Shown in pieces: positions 58,654 to 64,000 of a stretch of DNA of 64,000 nt. How positions within the stretch are numbered: the stretch's first letter is position 1; each line of letters begins with the position of its first letter. Below the pieces are notes generated by a model that was not told where the DNA came from, made no database searches, and was given only the letters and a program-made list of their open reading frames with translations. The translations under genes and the position numbers were made by a program. Source of the stretch: Candidatus Heimdallarchaeota archaeon (lineage in GTDB: Archaea > Asgardarchaeota > Heimdallarchaeia > JABLTI01); assembly GCA_019056785.1 (NCBI GenBank), contig DXJV01000029.1, positions 1 through 64,000 on the forward strand. The letters are read 5' to 3'.

Positions 58654-60255
58654 GTGCAGAAGATGTCAAAAGGCCAAGAAGAAGTAGTAATAGAAGGGAT
58701 AAAAGAAGAGAAAGAACTTCCAGCATTCAAACAACGGAGAGTGGAATCAAGAGCTGACCGTTTTGAAAGCCCTTCAACTATTAGAATGCGTGATATTGAA
58801 GACACTAATGACATCACCATTCCCCGCGATCCGTTAAAAAGAGTGATCGGACAAGACTTTGCCATTCGTATCGCTAGAATCGCAGCTATCCAACGACGAA
58901 ATTTACTCCTCATAGGACCACCCGGCATAGGGAAATCGATGATAGCGCAAGCATTGTCATTTCATCTTGGACAACCAACAGAAGAAATCTGGATTGTCCA
59001 TAACCCTGAAAACCCAGAACGCCCATTTTATGAAATAAAAAAAGCATCTGAATTGAAAAATCGAAGAGCACAAAATATGAGTGGAGAATATGGAAAGCTC
59101 ATTCATCCCTCAAAAGCGCCTTTTGATGTTGCTGTAAAACTGGGGTATGCATGTGAACACTGTGGGAAATTCTCAATACCAGAGTCACGAATTTGCCCTC
59201 ATTGTAACAAGCCGAAGAAAAAGAAAAAACCCTCCCGCTTTGGTGACTTGCTTTCATTATCACCCTTTTCGGCCCAAAATACAACGGATGGGACAAAAGT
59301 CTCAAAAGCGATTATTCTTCCCGATGGGCGCGAAGAGATTCTCTTGTTTGAGGAAGCGGGAAACAACATCCGAGTTTTCGATCAAGAAGCAATTGAATTA
59401 TCAAAAGCAAAAAAAGGTCCCCGCCCAATGAAAGTTTTAGTGCCACTTCGACGGTCACTTTTTGTTCAAGCGACAGGGGCGAGTGCGACTGAACTTCTTG
59501 GCGATTGCTTACATGACCCCTACGGTGGCCACCACAAATTAGGAACTCCACCCTATAAGCGAGTTGTTGCCGGAGCAATTCATGAAGCTCATGAAGGAGT
59601 GTTATTTATTGATGAAATTTCCCAGTTAGGGGTATTACAACGCTCGCTTTTAACAGCCCTACAAGAGAAGAGATTCCCAATCATTGGACGAAACCCTCAA
59701 AGCTCTGGTGCCTCGGTTAGAGTAGATGATGTTCCCTGTGATTTCGTGTTAGTAGCGGCATGTAATATTGCTGATGTCCCAAAAATCATCCCCCCACTCC
59801 GCTCACGGATCCAAGGAGATGGTTATGAAATTCTCTTGAAAACAACAATGCCAGATAATGAACTAAATCGATTGAAAATCTGCCAATTCATAGCTCAGGA
59901 AATTATTAGAGATGATAAAATACCCCCAATGGACCGGAAAGGAATCTTTGAAATCATCAAATGTGCCAGAATCATCGCCGAAAAAGTCGATAAAGAAGAA
60001 TCATCTCTAACACTCCGTTTAAGAGAACTTGCAGGAATAATCAAGGTTGCAGGAGATCTTGCAGTTACAGAAGGGGCAGATAGAATAAATAACAAACATG
60101 TACGGACCGCTATGGATATTGCAAAACCAATAGAGGAACAAATCTTACAACGCTTCGGTTCATATGAAGAAGCCTTCAAAAGTGAAAGTAGAGGCTTTCC
60201 ACACCTTCATAGCGATTCGGAAAATCAGAACCCTTACAATTACTGGAATAGTTAG
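58654..60255 (+). CDS. LonB-type AAA+ ATPase lacking the protease domain
   Basis: VIGQD.A, GPPGIGKS, NPENP..P, LLGD..HDPY, RV..GAIHEAHEGVLFIDEI, VPCDF, LRSRI.G.GYE, LTLRLREL; ends without a Ser-Lys domain. Confidence 0.88.
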   Translation: MQKMSKGQEEVVIEGIKEEKELPAFKQRRVESRADRFESPSTIRMRDIEDTNDITIPRDPLKRVIGQDFAIRIARIAAIQRRNLLLIGPPGIGKSMIAQALSFHLGQPTEEIWIVHNPENPERPFYEIKKASELKNRRAQNMSGEYGKLIHPSKAPFDVAVKLGYACEHCGKFSIPESRICPHCNKPKKKKKPSRFGDLLSLSPFSAQNTTDGTKVSKAIILPDGREEILLFEEAGNNIRVFDQEAIELSKAKKGPRPMKVLVPLRRSLFVQATGASATELLGDCLHDPYGGHHKLGTPPYKRVVAGAIHEAHEGVLFIDEISQLGVLQRSLLTALQEKRFPIIGRNPQSSGASVRVDDVPCDFVLVAACNIADVPKIIPPLRSRIQGDGYEILLKTTMPDNELNRLKICQFIAQEIIRDDKIPPMDRKGIFEIIKCARIIAEKVDKEESSLTLRLRELAGIIKVAGDLAVTEGADRINNKHVRTAMDIAKPIEEQILQRFGSYEEAFKSESRGFPHLHSDSENQNPYNYWNS

Positions 60256-60299
60256 AAAGGAGCAAAAAGTAGCGAATTTTATTGCTCCCGAAAAACAAC

Positions 60300-61568
60300 C
60301 TAAACATTCCCGATCAAATGGTCCAATTCTTGGAGGGCATCTTTTAGGATTTTAATTTCTTCTTCGGTATTATAAAGATAAATCGATGCACGAGCAGTGC
60401 CTTCGCTGGGTTTAATTCCAAGAGAATAATGGAAAGGATTTGTACAATGTGCACCAGCACGTATCATAATTTTGTATCCGTCGACATCGCTATCAAGATA
60501 ATTTGCAACATCATTTGCTGTGTCAATATTCTGTAACTTGAAAGCTACAAGGCTATGGCGGTCCTTGACATTCTTTGGTCCAATAATTTCTATCCCGGGG
60601 ATGTCTTTTAAGGCATTAAAGAGTTTCTGAGTTAAGAGAGTCTCGTGTTTCTCGATATTTTCCATCCCAATACTCTCGAGATAATCTATTGCCGCTCCTG
60701 CACCGATTTCCCCGGCATAATTTTGAAGGCCAGCTTCGAACTTGTGGGGTGGTTCAAGATAGGTAGGAATTATTTCACCATGTTCATATTTTACGTCCTT
60801 AATAGTGTCGCCACCAACAAGAAAAGAGTCCATTTCTTTCAAGAGATACTCTTTACCATAAAGAAAACCAACTCCTGTTGGTCCAAGGGCTTTGTGCATA
60901 CTAACGGCAGAGAAGTCCACATCTGATTTCTGAACATCCATTTTTCGATGGGGGAAGTATTGGGCATCATCTGAAATAACAAGCGCATCATGGTCATGTG
61001 CAAGTTTAATGATATCCTCGAGTGGGGCAGTTGTTCCGCTCACATTTGAAGTATGAACGATAGAAATCAAGCGTGTTTTTTTGGTAATGGCTTTTTCAAA
61101 GTCCTCGAGAGAAAACAACCCTTCATCTGATGCGTCCACAATTTTCAGCTTCAAGTTTTTCTTTTTCATTATTTTATGAAAAGGGAGAACGCCGCTATGG
61201 TGTTCCAGATTTGTTGTAATGATTTCTTCGCCCTCTTCAAAATGCAATGAATTTGCAACTAAGTTAATAGCTTCAGTGGTGTTTCGCACCCAAATAATCT
61301 CATTTACTGAACGACTATTAATATGCTTGGCAATTTTTTCACGTGCAGCATTTCGTAAATCAGTGGTTTCCCGTGCGAGGGCATGAATTGAACGACCCCC
61401 ACAAGCCCCGAGCTGTGTGTAATAATAAGTAATTGCGTCGGTTACTTGTTGAGGTTTGAGAGCCATACAAGCACTATCTAAATAAATAATCTCTTTTCCA
61501 TCGATTTTTCGCTGCAAAGTGGGAAAATCAGCTCTTATTTTGGACCAGTCAACCATTAAATTCACCAA
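60300..61568 (-). CDS. sufS: Cysteine desulfurase, SufS-like (class V PLP enzyme)
   Basis: IRADFP.L, YLDSA, NTTEAIN, EHHS, HKALGPTGVG, FEAG, RAGAHC, RASIYLYNT. Confidence 0.9.
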   Translation of the reverse strand: MVNLMVDWSKIRADFPTLQRKIDGKEIIYLDSACMALKPQQVTDAITYYYTQLGACGGRSIHALARETTDLRNAAREKIAKHINSRSVNEIIWVRNTTEAINLVANSLHFEEGEEIITTNLEHHSGVLPFHKIMKKKNLKLKIVDASDEGLFSLEDFEKAITKKTRLISIVHTSNVSGTTAPLEDIIKLAHDHDALVISDDAQYFPHRKMDVQKSDVDFSAVSMHKALGPTGVGFLYGKEYLLKEMDSFLVGGDTIKDVKYEHGEIIPTYLEPPHKFEAGLQNYAGEIGAGAAIDYLESIGMENIEKHETLLTQKLFNALKDIPGIEIIGPKNVKDRHSLVAFKLQNIDTANDVANYLDSDVDGYKIMIRAGAHCTNPFHYSLGIKPSEGTARASIYLYNTEEEIKILKDALQELDHLIGNV

Positions 61569-61659
61569 ATAATTGTTTTGAATTATTGTAGTTGTGTAAA
61601 CTTTTACATTCTTTAAAATTGTTTTTACTTATAACCGAAAAACATTTGAGGACTGAAAA

Positions 61660-61863
61660 GTGCTGAAAGGAATAGCAAAATGTGCTCTTTGTGGTCAAAC
61701 ATTCCCTCGAGACGAACTAATTGTTTATCATTTTCCGACAGGACCTAAATTGGTCTGCAAAGAATGCCTTCAAAAGCTCCCACGTGACCCCTCTAGAACT
61801 ATAAAACGCCCAAATGGCAAAACAAGAAGGCCAACAGATGATTTCTTTCCCCCAGTGGAATAA
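61660..61863 (+). CDS. Small C4 Zn-finger protein
   Basis: CALCG...VCKEC; GAGG upstream of GTG. Confidence 0.65.
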   Translation: MLKGIAKCALCGQTFPRDELIVYHFPTGPKLVCKECLQKLPRDPSRTIKRPNGKTRRPTDDFFPPVE

Positions 61864-61881
61864 TTAGAGAAATAACAACAA

Positions 61882-63996
61882 TTATTCTTTCAAAAGAGGG
61901 GCAATCGTTTCATGAATTGCTAAAAGTTTCTTATTTTCAGGGTACTGGATTGTTAGGCCCTTGAGTTCCATTGCCAGAGAATTTAGATAAGTAGAGCGCA
62001 TTAAATTCGATTCCTCAATAATAATATTAGTTAGGGCACGTGCAAGCTCTATTTGAATGGTTTCATTCTTTGGGAGTGCTTTTAACAACTTACGCAAAGC
62101 TTCAAGAAGTTCTTCCACGAGCTCAAATTTGTTTTGTTTGTAAGCCAAGACGATTACTCGCCGTGTGGAGCGTGCCAACACTTCCTGCACAGACTCTTCT
62201 TGTTCAAGAGGGCCACATAAAGAGCGCATTTCATTTAACATACTAATACAATGATTAAGGTTAGAATGATTCACTTCTAAACGAATGCTGTGTGCTAACC
62301 CCTTTACGAGTTGCTCCTGAACAACAGTTAAGGAAGGAAAGAGAAGAGTTATTTCACGCAATTCATCAAGATAGAGATTCATCTCATTTACCCGGTCATT
62401 TTTTCCAAAAGCGCTCACAATGTTTACAAGTGCCTTTGCGAAAAGAATTTGCAAATCGAGATTATATTGATCCTCATAGAGCCACTCTTTCAAGTTGATA
62501 TAGAGACGAGTTACTTTTTCCAGGTCACCAATATCACCATACACCTTAATAGCATCAACATAGGCTTTTCCTAATCTGAGTGTGATTTCAATATTTTCAG
62601 CACTAGTTTCGAAATCCTCAAATCGCGAAAGTAGTGCCTCCATTTCAGGTATTTTTGCTTGTAAACCATAAAAGCGGACGGCATTTACCAGGCATTGAGA
62701 ATAACTAATAACAATACCCTCCTCAATATCAAACCTTTCGGTGAGGGATTCTGCCTTCGACAGATAGGTATTGATAAGCTCCTCTTCATCTGAAATCTCC
62801 CCAAGAAGATAAATAACGTTCACAAGAGCTTGCGCAAAATATCTGGCAATTTCAACTACTGTTTGGTTTTGAAGATAGAACTCTTCAATCTGTTCGATTA
62901 CTTTGAGCATGAGCTTTACATTTGTTGTTGAGATTAATTCTTTAGTAATGTTAAATAGTCCCCGGGTAGCAAGAAGTTTGAAAGAGCGCTCCTCCGGGAA
63001 ACGTGCAAGAATCTCATTGACACGATACAATAGATTTATTGTTAAACCAAAATTTCTGAATGAGCAGAGCCAGAGGGCAGCTTGATTGACTCCCATTATT
63101 GCCATTGACTGTATTTTCTTAATTGTTGGTGATTCATCTGCTAATTTGAGTAATTGATTGACAAGAATTAAAATGCTGGGGAGATCGTTAATCGCGCCAC
63201 AATAATCAAGGGCAAGACGAAAACCATCTGCAACAAGAATTTTTAATTCACTGTTGTCTGCGTGTTTCTCAACAATTTCTAGGAGCTCATTTAAAGTCAC
63301 CATCATTTCATCGAACTCTTCTAGTTCCCCAAACCAATGAATGGCACTGATCAATCCTTTTGAATAGTAAAGAGTGAAATCTTCATCAATACATTTCTGC
63401 AATCTCGCGTGAAGTTCTCTCATAATCTTTAAAGAGCGCTTCATAGAATTGGTTTCGTGCATATCACCATAATTTTCAATTTCGATTGCCAACCCTTTGA
63501 GTAAGAGCGTTGCTAAAAAGCCTGAAACTTCAAGAGGAGGCAACAAGCCGCGCAAAATGATATCAAACTCTTTTGCTTTTTCAACATTCCAATCTTCCCC
63601 GAATCCTTTTATTGCAATGATGATTGCCTCAGAAGCAATTGAGCGAATAATATTATTGTCAAGATTCTCGATTGCTTTGTTTACAAGATAAATTACATAT
63701 TCTTCTAAGATTTCAAAGGCTTCGTTTCTTACGAAAGTTTCCAAGATAAGAATTATGGGGTCATCTATTGCCATGAGGAAGTTGTTGTCGTCCTGGAATT
63801 CTTCGAGAAACGCGAGTAAAATTTCGAGCAAGTTAATAAAAAAGTCCGGGTCAAAGTCTTCTTCTGCTTTGTGGATGAGTTCTGAGAAGCCGTCCATTAA
63901 TTGATAAAAGAACTCGGCATTTTTTCTCTCTGAGTCAAAGAGCGCCAGTAATTGTTCAAGGAATATTGGGAGCTCGCCAATTTTCTCTAATGGCAA
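61882..63996 (-). CDS. Alpha-solenoid (TPR-like) repeat protein; 5' end at the window edge
   Basis: Recurring ~43-aa A(K/Q)ALVN...YG...M..LL..L repeats. Confidence 0.8.
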   Translation of the reverse strand: MPLEKIGELPIFLEQLLALFDSERKNAEFFYQLMDGFSELIHKAEEDFDPDFFINLLEILLAFLEEFQDDNNFLMAIDDPIILILETFVRNEAFEILEEYVIYLVNKAIENLDNNIIRSIASEAIIIAIKGFGEDWNVEKAKEFDIILRGLLPPLEVSGFLATLLLKGLAIEIENYGDMHETNSMKRSLKIMRELHARLQKCIDEDFTLYYSKGLISAIHWFGELEEFDEMMVTLNELLEIVEKHADNSELKILVADGFRLALDYCGAINDLPSILILVNQLLKLADESPTIKKIQSMAIMGVNQAALWLCSFRNFGLTINLLYRVNEILARFPEERSFKLLATRGLFNITKELISTTNVKLMLKVIEQIEEFYLQNQTVVEIARYFAQALVNVIYLLGEISDEEELINTYLSKAESLTERFDIEEGIVISYSQCLVNAVRFYGLQAKIPEMEALLSRFEDFETSAENIEITLRLGKAYVDAIKVYGDIGDLEKVTRLYINLKEWLYEDQYNLDLQILFAKALVNIVSAFGKNDRVNEMNLYLDELREITLLFPSLTVVQEQLVKGLAHSIRLEVNHSNLNHCISMLNEMRSLCGPLEQEESVQEVLARSTRRVIVLAYKQNKFELVEELLEALRKLLKALPKNETIQIELARALTNIIIEESNLMRSTYLNSLAMELKGLTIQYPENKKLLAIHETIAPLLKE

Positions 63997-64000
63997 CTGT

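Noticed and set aside
1-64000. CRISPR arrays, transposases, integrases, tRNA/rRNA genes, recognisable defence systems
   Set aside because: No regularly spaced repeats, recombinase motifs or RNA gene consensus found by eye

Overview
A gene-dense, AT-rich archaeal chromosomal segment, most likely from an Asgard archaeon (Heimdallarchaeia-like; inferred from gene content). Archaeal markers include pantoate kinase/phosphopantothenate synthetase, GatD/GatE, archaeal TyrRS, MAT, DnaG, Hjc, uS13-uS4-uS11 and an ADP-dependent sugar kinase. Eukaryote-signature-like genes include Rab-like, Arf-like and MglA-like small GTPases, three longin/uDENN-like domains, two 7TM proteins and HEAT/TPR solenoids. 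I found no tRNA, rRNA, CRISPR array or mobile element. Best candidates for new biology: (1) a tight uDENN-like / Arf-like GTPase / 7TM operon (42723-44734), with a separate 7TM-longin fusion (12046-13182) supplying a fusion argument for a 7TM -> longin/DENN -> small GTPase pathway; (2) four ORB-like repeats (47608-47732) with no cdc6 nearby, upstream of an uncharacterised gene, a long inverted-repeat element and hjc; (3) a Tyr-containing leader peptide with mutually exclusive hairpins upstream of tyrS; (4) a circularly permuted family-5 solute-binding protein and several apparent pseudoenzymes. All family assignments come from motif recognition by eye, not database searches.
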